Assembly: GCA_040290255.1 (NCBI GenBank)
Contig: PSMU01000001.1
Coordinates: forward strand, 1-64,000
DNA length: 64,000 nucleotides
Direction of reading: 5' to 3'
DNA from: Nitrososphaerota archaeon
Lineage (GTDB): Archaea; Thermoproteota; Nitrososphaeria; PSMU01
Of this stretch, positions 46,494-54,966 are shown piece by piece (position 1 is the stretch's first letter; each line of letters opens with the position of its first letter). The notes under the pieces are model-generated. The model made no database searches and was not told the origin of the DNA. It worked only from the letters and a program-made list of their open reading frames with translations. The translations under genes and the position numbers were made by a program.

Positions 46494-46883
46494 GTGGTCC
46501 GGCGCGTGCACATCGGCAGAAGCGCGCTCGACGCCCTGTTGGCCTATGGGAAAATGAACCACCCCAGGGAAGGGATCCTGCTTCTCAGGGGGCTTGTGAA
46601 GTCAGGTGAGGCCTTCGTGAGGGAGCTGGTAGTGCCACCTTTGGCCCTACACGGCGAAGGGTTCTCCGGCTTTCAGCCCTACCTGCTCCCCATCGATGCC
46701 AGCATCATAGGGGTTGCCCACACGCACCCTTCCTCGGATCCCAGGCCCTCCCGCCAGGACCTCCTCAGCTTCATGGGCGCGGTGGGCCTAATAGCGGCCT
46801 ATCCCTATGAAGGGGCCTCGGATGTCCTCGCCTTCGATCATAGGGGCCAGCTGTTGCCCCTGGAAATCCATGAGGAGGAGTAG
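46494..46883 (+). CDS. JAMM/MPN+ (Mov34) metalloprotease
   Basis: HPRE..., AHTHPSSDPRPSRQD. Confidence 0.9.
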   Translation: MVRRVHIGRSALDALLAYGKMNHPREGILLLRGLVKSGEAFVRELVVPPLALHGEGFSGFQPYLLPIDASIIGVAHTHPSSDPRPSRQDLLSFMGAVGLIAAYPYEGASDVLAFDHRGQLLPLEIHEEE

Positions 46884-46922
46884 CGCGTTAAGTTTTATAA
46901 TCGCCGGGACTCACGCGCCTCT

Positions 46923-47012
46923 GCGGCGGTCGTCTAGCCTGGTTTAGGACGCCAAGCCCTGCGCGGAAGCCTCCCGAGCTGGTGGTCGCGGGTTCAAATC
47001 CCGCCCGCCGCA
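46923..47012 (+). tRNA. tRNA-Gly(CCC) with 14-nt non-canonical intron (about 29/30; 46955-46968)
   Basis: GCGGCGG/CCGCCGC-A acceptor stem; removing AGCCCTGCGCGGAA restores CCAGC-CT-CCC-GA-GCTGG. Confidence 0.88.
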
Positions 47013-47018
47013 CTCCGG

Positions 47019-47357
47019 CTAAACGCCCTCCCTGGACTTCTCGAAGCGTATGGAGCCGTCCTTCAACACCACCTCATAGACGTCGTTCACCTCAAAGTTA
47101 ACGCCCAGCATATCGTACTCCTCCTCCGTCAGCGTCAGCATGAGCTTGGGAAATACGATGTCCCTGAAAGGAGGGAAGAGCCCCGAGGCCTGCAGCTGTG
47201 ACATCACGCTCCTGAGCAGCTTGGCCTCCTCACCTCCCTCTCCCAATTGTCCGAGCAGGGGCATGGCCTTCACTTCAACGAATTCGATCTGTTTACCCCT
47301 CTTGCCAAGCACAGGATCCTGCACGCTGCTTATCCTATGAACTATTACCTTTGGCAC
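47019..47357 (-). CDS. Arcadin-1 family protein
   Basis: QDP..GKQIEFVE..PKLMLTLTEEEY..EVNDVYEV..DGSIRF resembles Pyrobaculum arcadin-1 as I recall it. Confidence 0.72.
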   Translation of the reverse strand: MPKVIVHRISSVQDPVLGKRGKQIEFVEVKAMPLLGQLGEGGEEAKLLRSVMSQLQASGLFPPFRDIVFPKLMLTLTEEEYDMLGVNFEVNDVYEVVLKDGSIRFEKSREGV

Positions 47358-47410
47358 GCACGACCGGCCCTCGATGGCTTAATATCCTTATTTGGGCCCT
47401 GAGCCCGCAG

Positions 47411-48388
47411 ATGGGCATCAAACTTCTTCCGCTCGCAGCCGAGAGCTTGGGCGTGCGGTCGATGTGCACATATATAGAGACGCCGGACGTCAGGCTGCTG
47501 CTCGACGCCGGCGCTGCCCTTGGCCCCAGGTTCGGCCTTCTACCTCACCCTCAGGAATATCGGGCGCTGGCGGCCGCCAGAAGGGCGATAAGGGAGTTCT
47601 CCCAGAAGGCGGACCTCATTACGGTCTCGCACTATCATTACGATCACTTCACCCATCCTTGGCCGAACGTCGAAGCCCTGTGGACCTGGTGCTCTAGGCA
47701 TGAAGCCCAAGAGGTCTACGGCGGGAAGAGGGTGTACATAAAGGACTACAGGTCCAAGATAAACGCCAGCCAGAGGAGGAGAGGCTATGAGTTTTACAAG
47801 GAGGTGAGCTCCTTTGCCGAGCTGGTCCCCGCCGATGGTCTAGAGCTAAGGTTCGGCCCGACCTTGGTCAAGTTCTTGGGCCCCTTCACCCATGGCGAGG
47901 AGGCGGGAGGCCTGGGGTATGTGCTATGCGTGCTCGTAAAACGAGATGCCGAGAGCCTCTGCTTCTACCCCGACCTTCAGGGCCCCCTGGATGAGGGAGC
48001 CCTTGAGCTATTGAAGCGTGAAAGGCCCCAAGTCCTTATTTTAGGCGGGCCTCCCGTCTACCTAAGGGGCTACAAAGTCACCGAAGAGCAGATCGCGAAG
48101 GCTATCGCAAACCTGAAGCGCGCCATCGCCCTTGTGGGCGAGGTGGCCCTCATAGAGCACCACCTATTGCGCGATGCCGAGGGGTTGAGGTTGCTCGAGG
48201 TTATAAAGGAAGAGGCTAGGGGCAGGGGCGTCAGGGTAGGCACCTTCGCGGAGTTCAGGGATATGAAGCCCAACCCCTTAGAGGCCAGGAGGACCGAGCT
48301 ATACCAAAAGGACCCTCCTGATAAGGAGTTTATCCGCTGGACGCGTCTTCCTCCAGAGGAGAGGGCACATCGGCTTCCCCCCCTTTAA
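47411..48388 (+). CDS. MBL-fold metallo-hydrolase (UPF0282 family)
   Basis: AESLGVRSM, SHYHYDH, HGE, DLQGP, EHHLLRD. Confidence 0.88.
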   Translation: MGIKLLPLAAESLGVRSMCTYIETPDVRLLLDAGAALGPRFGLLPHPQEYRALAAARRAIREFSQKADLITVSHYHYDHFTHPWPNVEALWTWCSRHEAQEVYGGKRVYIKDYRSKINASQRRRGYEFYKEVSSFAELVPADGLELRFGPTLVKFLGPFTHGEEAGGLGYVLCVLVKRDAESLCFYPDLQGPLDEGALELLKRERPQVLILGGPPVYLRGYKVTEEQIAKAIANLKRAIALVGEVALIEHHLLRDAEGLRLLEVIKEEARGRGVRVGTFAEFRDMKPNPLEARRTELYQKDPPDKEFIRWTRLPPEERAHRLPPL

Positions 48389-48782
48389 GTTGCACGTCTA
48401 TCCCGCTTTTCTTGAGCAGCTCGTTGGCATATTCCTGCGTTATGACCTTTGCCAGGACTAGGTTCACCAGGGCATTGGGCGAGGCCTGGCCCGTCACCCT
48501 TCCCACGTTTCCCCTTATCTGCCTCCACTTGAGCTTCGAATTGTTGCTCTTAGATGTGTAGACGATACCTAGGACGTCCCTGGCATTTATGAAGGTGATG
48601 TCCCTTATGGCCTTCAGCGTCGCCTTGTCAGCAGCTTCGACATATATGGTGCCCTCGCCCGCCCTCTCAGGGAAGACCTCCCGGTCCCTAAGGTAGCTCT
48701 CAGGTATGAAGGAGTAGCAGGTGCTGTATATCAGGAACCGCCGGAAGGCCTCGAGGGGGGCCACTGTATCGATTTCAGGCAT
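48330..48782 (-). CDS. Conserved hypothetical protein
   Basis: 150 aa ORF with its own TATA; IYVEAADK..DVLGIVY.SKS..LKWRQ resembles a Nitrososphaerota-type conserved protein (from recall). Confidence 0.75.
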   Translation of the reverse strand: MPEIDTVAPLEAFRRFLIYSTCYSFIPESYLRDREVFPERAGEGTIYVEAADKATLKAIRDITFINARDVLGIVYTSKSNNSKLKWRQIRGNVGRVTGQASPNALVNLVLAKVITQEYANELLKKSGIDVQLKGGEADVPSPLEEDASSG

Positions 48783-48826
48783 GGTCTGAACTTCGCGGGT
48801 TCTTTTTTAAGGTTTTACGGAGGGGC

Positions 48827-48885
48827 GGGCTCCCCACTCAAGATCCAGATCATGGCATCAGCTGGGCTTTTCCGGTCATAGCCCT
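48827..48885 (-). ncRNA. Candidate box C/D sRNA (degenerate boxes)
   Basis: AGGGCT-ATGACCG-GAAAAGCCCAG-CTGA-TGCC-ATGATCT-GGATCTTGAGTG-GGGA-GCCC, with terminal stem and upstream TATA-like element. Confidence 0.45.
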
Positions 48886-49584
48886 TTAACCAGAGCCTCG
48901 CCCTTGGTAAAAAGCTTTTGCGAGCGGCCCGTGCTCCCCTGCGCTTAGGAGCGTGTCCAGCGACGTCGGCCTGAACTCCATGTCCAGCTCCTCCTGTAGC
49001 GATTTTATGACGGGGGGCTTGACTTCTGCCACGGTTAAGGGCCTGCCAAGCTCCCCCTGTAGCGTCGTCATAACGCTGGGGTCCAGGCCGCAGGGGCTTA
49101 TCAGGCGGAAGTAGGACAGGTCGGCGTTTACGTTGAGCGCGAAGCCGTGGTATGTCACCCAGTTCCTGACCGCCACCCCTATCGAGGCAACCTTCCTGCC
49201 AGCTACCCAGACCCCGGTGTGCCCCTCTATCCTATAGGCCTCGATACCGAGGCTGGCCACCGAGCGGATAAGGGCCTGCTCGAGCAGCCTTAGGTACCCT
49301 TTCACGGACAAGCCCCTTTGAGTTAACTTGAGGATGGGGTAGCCCACGAGCTGCCCGGGCCCATGATAGGTGGCCATGCCGCCTCTTTCGACCCAATATA
49401 CCGGCAGGGGGAGGTTGCTGGGCAGCTCTGCCCCCCTCCTGCCCACCGTAATTACGTGGTCATGCTCTACCAGCAGTAGCAGGTCGGGCACGTTATCCTG
49501 CTCGCGCTGCATCACCAAGGCCCTCTGCAGCGCCCAGGTCCTGCCATAATCCTGCCTTCCGAGGTCCAATAAGAGGCCGCTCAA
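48886..49584 (-). CDS. lipB: Lipoyl(octanoyl) transferase
   Basis: VEHDHVITVGR, RGGMATYHGPGQLVGYPI, KVASIG, HGFALNV, PCGL. Confidence 0.95.
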   Translation of the reverse strand: MSGLLLDLGRQDYGRTWALQRALVMQREQDNVPDLLLLVEHDHVITVGRRGAELPSNLPLPVYWVERGGMATYHGPGQLVGYPILKLTQRGLSVKGYLRLLEQALIRSVASLGIEAYRIEGHTGVWVAGRKVASIGVAVRNWVTYHGFALNVNADLSYFRLISPCGLDPSVMTTLQGELGRPLTVAEVKPPVIKSLQEELDMEFRPTSLDTLLSAGEHGPLAKAFYQGRGSG

Positions 49585-50990
49585 AGCCTCGCCCTAAGCT
49601 GGTGATGAGGCATGCCCGCGGCGCTGGCCACCGCCTCCCTGAGGGCCTCCGGCAGGGTCGGGTGCGCATGAACCACCAGCGCCAGGTCCTCGAGCGTAAG
49701 CCCGAGCTCTAAGGCCAAGGCCGCCTCGGCGATAAGGTCAGAAGCCCTGGCGCCCACGATCGCTACGCCGAGTATGCGATGCGTAGTCCTGTCCGCCACC
49801 ACTTTAGCAAAGCCCTGCGTTTCTGCCTCCGTCAAGGCCCTGCCCAGGGCGCTGAAGGGGTACCTTCCCGTTATCACCTCGTGTCCCTTCGCCCTCGCCT
49901 CCTCCTCGCCCATGCCCACCTTGGCTATCTCGGGATCCGAGAAGACGACCTCGGGAAGCGCCCTATAGCCCAGCTCCGAAGGAAGGCCCGAGGCAGCCTC
50001 GGCGGCCACATGGGCCTCCGCATAGGCCTTGTGTGCCAAGAAGGGGGGGCCCACGACGTCGCCCGCCGCATAGAGCCAGCCCAGGTTGGTGCGCATTTGC
50101 CGGTCCACCTTGACCGCTCCCTTTTCCGAAAGCCCCACGCCCAGCTCCTGCAGGCCCAAGCCTCTTACGCGAGGCCTTCTGCCCACCGAAACCAGCACCT
50201 TATCGACCTTCCTTTCGACGATGCCATCGGCCGTCTGTACCCTGGCCGCCGTGGTGCCCTCTTTGAATTCCGCCGACAGCAGCTGACTGCGCGTCAGCAC
50301 CTCAGCTCCGCTCGCTACGAGGGCGTCATGTACGCCCCTGACGAGGTCCGCATCAAAGCCCGGAAGGATATGAGGCATCATTTCCACGATGGTCACCTTT
50401 ACGCCGAGCTTAGAAAAGGCCGTGCCCAGCTCTATACCCACGGCCCCTCCGCCTACGATCAGCAGGCTCCGGGGCAGCTCGGCCAGATGAACCGCTTCCT
50501 TGGAGCTGATTACGTGCCTGCCATCAAAGCGAAGGAAGGGAAGCTCTATGGGCTCCGAGCCGGTCGCTAGTATCGCGTTACGGAACTGGATTTTTCTCTC
50601 CTCTCGTTCGCTGCTTATCGTCGCCCTCCTCTCCCCGGCCAGCTGCGCTCTGCCCTTCACCACCTCTACTCCGTAACCCGACATCAGGTATTCCAGGCCC
50701 TTCACCAGGCGCGCCACCACTTGGTCCTTCCAGGCCTGCGCGCGCGCCCACTCCAGCTTTATCCCGCTTATCTCGATGCCAACTTCGCGCAGGGAGCCGC
50801 TGCGGGCGTAGTGATGGGCGACGTTTATAAGGGCCTTTGAAGGGATGCAGGCGTAGTTGGTGCACTCGCCGCCCAGCTTGTCCTCCTCCACTAGGGTTAC
50901 GCGCCGCCCCAGCTGGGCCGCCCTTATCGCCGCCGTATAACCGGCGGGCCCACCTCCTATTATCAGCAGGTCGCCTTGGCCCTCGCTCAA
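49581..50990 (-). CDS. lpdA: Dihydrolipoyl dehydrogenase (E3)
   Basis: GGGPAGY, GGECTNYACIPSK, HAHPTLPE. Confidence 0.96.
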   Translation of the reverse strand: MSEGQGDLLIIGGGPAGYTAAIRAAQLGRRVTLVEEDKLGGECTNYACIPSKALINVAHHYARSGSLREVGIEISGIKLEWARAQAWKDQVVARLVKGLEYLMSGYGVEVVKGRAQLAGERRATISSEREERKIQFRNAILATGSEPIELPFLRFDGRHVISSKEAVHLAELPRSLLIVGGGAVGIELGTAFSKLGVKVTIVEMMPHILPGFDADLVRGVHDALVASGAEVLTRSQLLSAEFKEGTTAARVQTADGIVERKVDKVLVSVGRRPRVRGLGLQELGVGLSEKGAVKVDRQMRTNLGWLYAAGDVVGPPFLAHKAYAEAHVAAEAASGLPSELGYRALPEVVFSDPEIAKVGMGEEEARAKGHEVITGRYPFSALGRALTEAETQGFAKVVADRTTHRILGVAIVGARASDLIAEAALALELGLTLEDLALVVHAHPTLPEALREAVASAAGMPHHQLRARL

Positions 50991-52147
50991 AGCGGCTCAA
51001 ACAGCGCCAGGCTGGGTTCCTTGATATACGAGGCCAGAAGAGAAGCCAGGCTGGCCGCATAGGCGCCATCGAAGACCCTATGATCGAACGTGAGCATTAG
51101 ATAGCCTATGTCGGCGATCTTTATCTGCCCCCCTTCGGCTATAGGCCTCGGGGAGATCCTAGAGAGGCCCAAGATGGCCACTTCGGGATAATTGATGATG
51201 GGCGTTGCGAAGAGCCCTCCATACGGGCCTATGTTGGTGATCGTGAACGTGCCCTCACGGATTTCATCGAGGCTTATTCGGCCCTCCCTGGCCTTCTTGG
51301 CCAGCTCCTCTATCTCCTGGGCAAGCTGAAAGAGGCCCTTCTTATCGGCCTCCTTCACGACGGGCACTATCAGCCCTTCGCTCGTATCGACGGCGATGCC
51401 TATGTTATAGTACTTCTTCACCACTATCTCCTGCTTCTGCTCATCGAAGACCGCGTTGGCGAGCGGATACCTCTTGAGCACGGGGATCAGGAGCTTTATG
51501 ATGAATGGGAGGTATGTGAGCTTCACGCCCCTCTCCTCGGCCATCGGCTTCAGCCTCTCCCGGAGCTCCCTCAGCCTAGTAAAGTCCGCCTCCTCCACAT
51601 GCGTCACCGCGGCGGTCAACCTCTTAGATTCCACCATCTTCTCCGCGATCCTGCGCCTTATGCCGCGGAGCGGTATTCTCTCCTCGGCGAGAGGCGCGGG
51701 GGGAGCGGGAAGCACCTCCTTGGGCTTCGCCTCCTCCGCCGGCGGCCGAGCCCTCGCCAGGGCGGCCCGCTCGACGTCCTCCAGCGTTATGATGCCGCCT
51801 GGGCCCGTGCCCTTTAGCGCCTCCAGAGCTATTCCCAGCTCCTTCGCCCTTCTTCTGGCGGCGGGCATCGCCTTAACCTCCGGCAGCGCTGCCTCCTTGC
51901 GCGCTGCCTCTGGGGTCTCGATCACGATCAGCGTCTGACCCACCTTTACCCTCTCCCCCTCCTTGGCCAGCAGCTTGGCCACCCTGCCCGCAACGGGCGA
52001 GGGTATTTCGACGGTGGCCTTCTCCGTCAGCACCTCCACCAACGGGTCATTCTCCTTTACCACGTCCCCCTCCTTCACCCTCCACCTGACCACCTCCGCC
52101 TCCAGAAGGCCTTCCCCTAGGTCCGGCAGCTTGAACTCGTAGGACAA
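50987..52147 (-). CDS. 2-oxoacid dehydrogenase dihydrolipoamide acyltransferase (E2)
   Basis: Lipoyl domain TEKA, E3-binding GTGPGGIIT..D, catalytic DHRVFDG. Confidence 0.95.
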   Translation of the reverse strand: MSYEFKLPDLGEGLLEAEVVRWRVKEGDVVKENDPLVEVLTEKATVEIPSPVAGRVAKLLAKEGERVKVGQTLIVIETPEAARKEAALPEVKAMPAARRRAKELGIALEALKGTGPGGIITLEDVERAALARARPPAEEAKPKEVLPAPPAPLAEERIPLRGIRRRIAEKMVESKRLTAAVTHVEEADFTRLRELRERLKPMAEERGVKLTYLPFIIKLLIPVLKRYPLANAVFDEQKQEIVVKKYYNIGIAVDTSEGLIVPVVKEADKKGLFQLAQEIEELAKKAREGRISLDEIREGTFTITNIGPYGGLFATPIINYPEVAILGLSRISPRPIAEGGQIKIADIGYLMLTFDHRVFDGAYAASLASLLASYIKEPSLALFEPL

Positions 52148-52148
52148 G

Positions 52149-53036
52149 CTATGCAGCCCCTCCCCTTGCGTTAAGGACCTCTTTAATAAAATACTCGCCC
52201 GCCCTATATGAAGTCCTCACCAGGGGGCCCGAGGCGCAGTAAAGAAAGCCCAGCTCTTGGGCGCGCCTTCTGTACTTTTCGAAGACCTCCGGGCGCACGT
52301 ACTCGACCACAGGCAGGTGCCAGGTCGAGGGCCTGAGGTACTGGCCTATCGTGACGATGTCCACACCGGCCGACCTTAGGTCCACCAGCGTCCGATACAC
52401 CTCTTCCTCGCTCTCGCCCAAGCCCACCATGATCGAGGATTTGGTGTAGATTGAGGGGTGCAGCTCCTTTACGCTGCGCAGGACCTTAAGCGAGGTGCTG
52501 TAGGAGGCCCTTCTGTCCCTGACTAGAGGCGTGAGCCTCTCTACGCACTCTATGTTGTGACTTATGACGTCAGGTCCCGCCTGCACCACCTTAGAGAGCG
52601 CCTCAAGGTCGCCCTGAAAGTCGGGGATGAGCACCTCGACGAGCAGATGAGGGTTCAGGGCCTTAACCCGCTCTATCACCCTCGCGAAGTGGGAGGCGCC
52701 TCCGTCGGGCAGGTCATCCCTGTCCACCGATGTAATCACCACGTAGTCAAGCCCCAGGTCCCTTAGGGCGAGCGCGAGCCTCTGCGGTTCCGTGGGGTCC
52801 AGCCACCCCCTCGGGTTACCGCTCCTCACGTTGCAAAACCTACAGGCCCTCGTGCAGGTATCGCCCAGAATCATGAAGGTGGCAGTACCCCCTCCCCAGC
52901 ATTCGCCCAAGTTAGGGCATGTGGCCTCCTCGCAGACCGTATGCAGCCCATATAGCCGCAGCGCCTGCTTTATGTTCTCGAATTTATCGTTCCTCACATA
53001 CCTTACCTTAATCCAGGGGGCAGGGCGCTCGGGCAC
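52149..53036 (-). CDS. lipA: Lipoyl synthase
   Basis: CEEATCPNLGEC, CTRACRFC, GQYLRP, RTSY. Confidence 0.97.
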   Translation of the reverse strand: MPERPAPWIKVRYVRNDKFENIKQALRLYGLHTVCEEATCPNLGECWGGGTATFMILGDTCTRACRFCNVRSGNPRGWLDPTEPQRLALALRDLGLDYVVITSVDRDDLPDGGASHFARVIERVKALNPHLLVEVLIPDFQGDLEALSKVVQAGPDVISHNIECVERLTPLVRDRRASYSTSLKVLRSVKELHPSIYTKSSIMVGLGESEEEVYRTLVDLRSAGVDIVTIGQYLRPSTWHLPVVEYVRPEVFEKYRRRAQELGFLYCASGPLVRTSYRAGEYFIKEVLNARGGAA

Positions 53037-53078
53037 AGGCCAGACGCAGGACCAGCGAATTTAACGTTTGCCGCGAAC

Positions 53079-53129
53079 ACTTTCAGTCACCCCCCTACCT
53101 ACTATCAGTTTAAACTGCTCATCATCGTT
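53079..53129 (-). ncRNA. Box C/D guide sRNA
   Basis: Minus strand ATGATGA (C) - GCAGTTTAAA - CTGA (D') - TAGTAGGTAGGGGGGTGA - CTGA (D), about 50 nt. Confidence 0.7.
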
Positions 53130-53155
53130 ATATAGCCTGCCCCAGCATTGACCTC

Positions 53156-54331
53156 GTGCAGGCAAGGGCCAAGATATTCATCGATGAGGCGAAGTTCATG
53201 CCCGACTATGTGCCCAACGAAACGCCCTTTAGGGGGGAGCAGATAAGCGAGCTGCTTTACCACTTCAAGCAGCTCCTAGAGGAACCGCGCCGCTTTAGCC
53301 AGCTGGCCTTCATCACGGGCCCCGTGGGTTCGGGCAAGACGTTGGTGGCCAAGAAGTTCGCCAAGGCCCTGGAGCGCGAGGCCATAAGCGCCTCCAAGAG
53401 GGTGAAGCCGGTCTACGTAAATTGTAGGATAGACCGCACGCTTTACCTCGTGCTCTCAAGGCTGCTGGCGCAGATCAGCCCTAGCTCCTCCTTTAGAGGC
53501 TTCTCGGCCCAAGAGCTCATGGCCGTCCTTCCCTCCTTTCTCCTCAAGGAGGGCGTGCACCTCCTAGTGGAGCTGGACGAAGTAGATGGTTTAGTCGCCA
53601 AGGAGGGCGGCGAGGGCCTCTATCCTCTAGTGAGGTTAAGGGAAACGGCCGAGGAGCAGTGCCTGAGCCTGCTCCTCATCTCCAAGAACCTAGGCTATAT
53701 GGTGCTCCTCGATAGAAGCGTGGTCAGCTCCCTCCAGGGCCCCGTTATAAGGCTAAAGCCCTACGATAAGGAGCAGCTCTATACCATCCTTAAGCTAAGG
53801 GCCGACGAGGCCATGAGCGAGGGGGCCGTCCAGGATGGCTCCCTCAAGCTCGCCGCCTCGATCGCGGCCGACCAAGGCGACGCGAGGTATGCGTTGGAGC
53901 TCCTATACCGGGCTGGCAAGCTCGCGGAATTCGAAGGCGTGAGCACCATCACCCCCGAGCACGTTAGGAGGGCAAGAGCGAGCCTGCCCCCCTACTTAAC
54001 GAGGGAGGAGCTTCATTACTTAAGCGACCAGGAAGGGGCTATCCTCCTGGCCCTGGCCAGGGCCCTAAGGCTTAGGGAGAAGGGGGAGGTCTCACTGACG
54101 GAGCTCGAGGAGGAGTACCAGGAGGTCTGCAGGCCCCTTGGGCTTACCCCCCTACATCATACTCGCATCTGGACCCTAGTAAACGAGCTCAAGATGAAGG
54201 GGCTATTGGAGACGAGGCTCTCTGAAGGCGGAACGAGGGGTCGCTTCACGCTGGTCAGCACCCAGATCCCAGCCTCCCTTCTGCAAAGCGAGCTAGAGGG
54301 CCTGTTCGCTGCCAGGGGGAGGCAGCTTTGA
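53156..54331 (+). CDS. cdc6: Orc1/Cdc6 replication initiator
   Basis: PDYVP..FR, GPVGSGKT, YVNCR, LDEVD, GDARYALELL, C-terminal wH domain. Confidence 0.93.
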   Translation: MQARAKIFIDEAKFMPDYVPNETPFRGEQISELLYHFKQLLEEPRRFSQLAFITGPVGSGKTLVAKKFAKALEREAISASKRVKPVYVNCRIDRTLYLVLSRLLAQISPSSSFRGFSAQELMAVLPSFLLKEGVHLLVELDEVDGLVAKEGGEGLYPLVRLRETAEEQCLSLLLISKNLGYMVLLDRSVVSSLQGPVIRLKPYDKEQLYTILKLRADEAMSEGAVQDGSLKLAASIAADQGDARYALELLYRAGKLAEFEGVSTITPEHVRRARASLPPYLTREELHYLSDQEGAILLALARALRLREKGEVSLTELEEEYQEVCRPLGLTPLHHTRIWTLVNELKMKGLLETRLSEGGTRGRFTLVSTQIPASLLQSELEGLFAARGRQL

Positions 54332-54621
54332 CCCCTCTGAACTCAATCGAGAGGATCTTCAGCTCCCCAGGCAGGGTGCGCGTGCTCGTGGACCTCCTTG
54401 ACAAGAGCGAAGTGAACATAACGCAGCTATCTAGGCTGGGCCTTAACTACGCCTCCGTGGCCAAGCATATACGCGCCCTAAAGGCCGAGGGCCTCCTCTA
54501 CGAGAAGAGGTTCGGCAGGATAAGGATCGTCTGTGTCAATGAAGATGACGCGCGCATCCCCCTGTTGAGGAGGTTCGTAAGGGAGTGGAGGAGGCTGGAA
54601 CAGGGCCTAGCCAGAGCGTAG
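54328..54621 (+). CDS. Winged-helix (ArsR-like) DNA-binding protein
   Basis: IFSSPGRVRVL..NITQLSRLGLNY..HIRAL..EKRFGRIRI; overlaps the cdc6 stop. Confidence 0.85.
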   Translation: MTPLNSIERIFSSPGRVRVLVDLLDKSEVNITQLSRLGLNYASVAKHIRALKAEGLLYEKRFGRIRIVCVNEDDARIPLLRRFVREWRRLEQGLARA

Positions 54622-54966
54622 GGCCTCCTTGACCTTATCGACATAGAGCCTGTAGGCATCGGGCTTACGAAGGCAAGTTTCACAGATACAGCTTCTGGAT
54701 ACACGCCTCCTATCGCAGAAGGGCAGGTATACGCACGTAGGGCAGCCGGCGGGGTTGCCGCAGATAAAGCAGTCCAGTTCGAACTCCACCTCCTCCCCCA
54801 GCGCCGCTGCCAAGATCGCCGAGACGAGGCCCAGGTCGGTTTTATCGTCGACAGAAAACATGCGGCGCTCCCTGTCGTACTTTACGCCCGCCTCCATGAG
54901 CTTCCTGAAGGACTCGCTGCCCAGCCTTGGCAGCCTGAACGGGGAGCCGATGCGTATCCACGTCAT
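54607..54966 (-). CDS. Hypothetical protein with 8-Cys C-terminal zinc-binding region
   Basis: CFIC..CPTC..C..CICETC; ATG overlaps the rfcL stop (ATGA). Confidence 0.78.
   Translation of the reverse strand: MTWIRIGSPFRLPRLGSESFRKLMEAGVKYDRERRMFSVDDKTDLGLVSAILAAALGEEVEFELDCFICGNPAGCPTCVYLPFCDRRRVSRSCICETCLRKPDAYRLYVDKVKEALRSG

Noticed and set aside
53040-53155. Replication origin (ORB repeats) upstream of cdc6
   Set aside because: Only about 120 nt, with no repeated TTCCAGTGGAAAC-like box or extended AT-rich unwinding element; a C/D sRNA and promoters explain it better.
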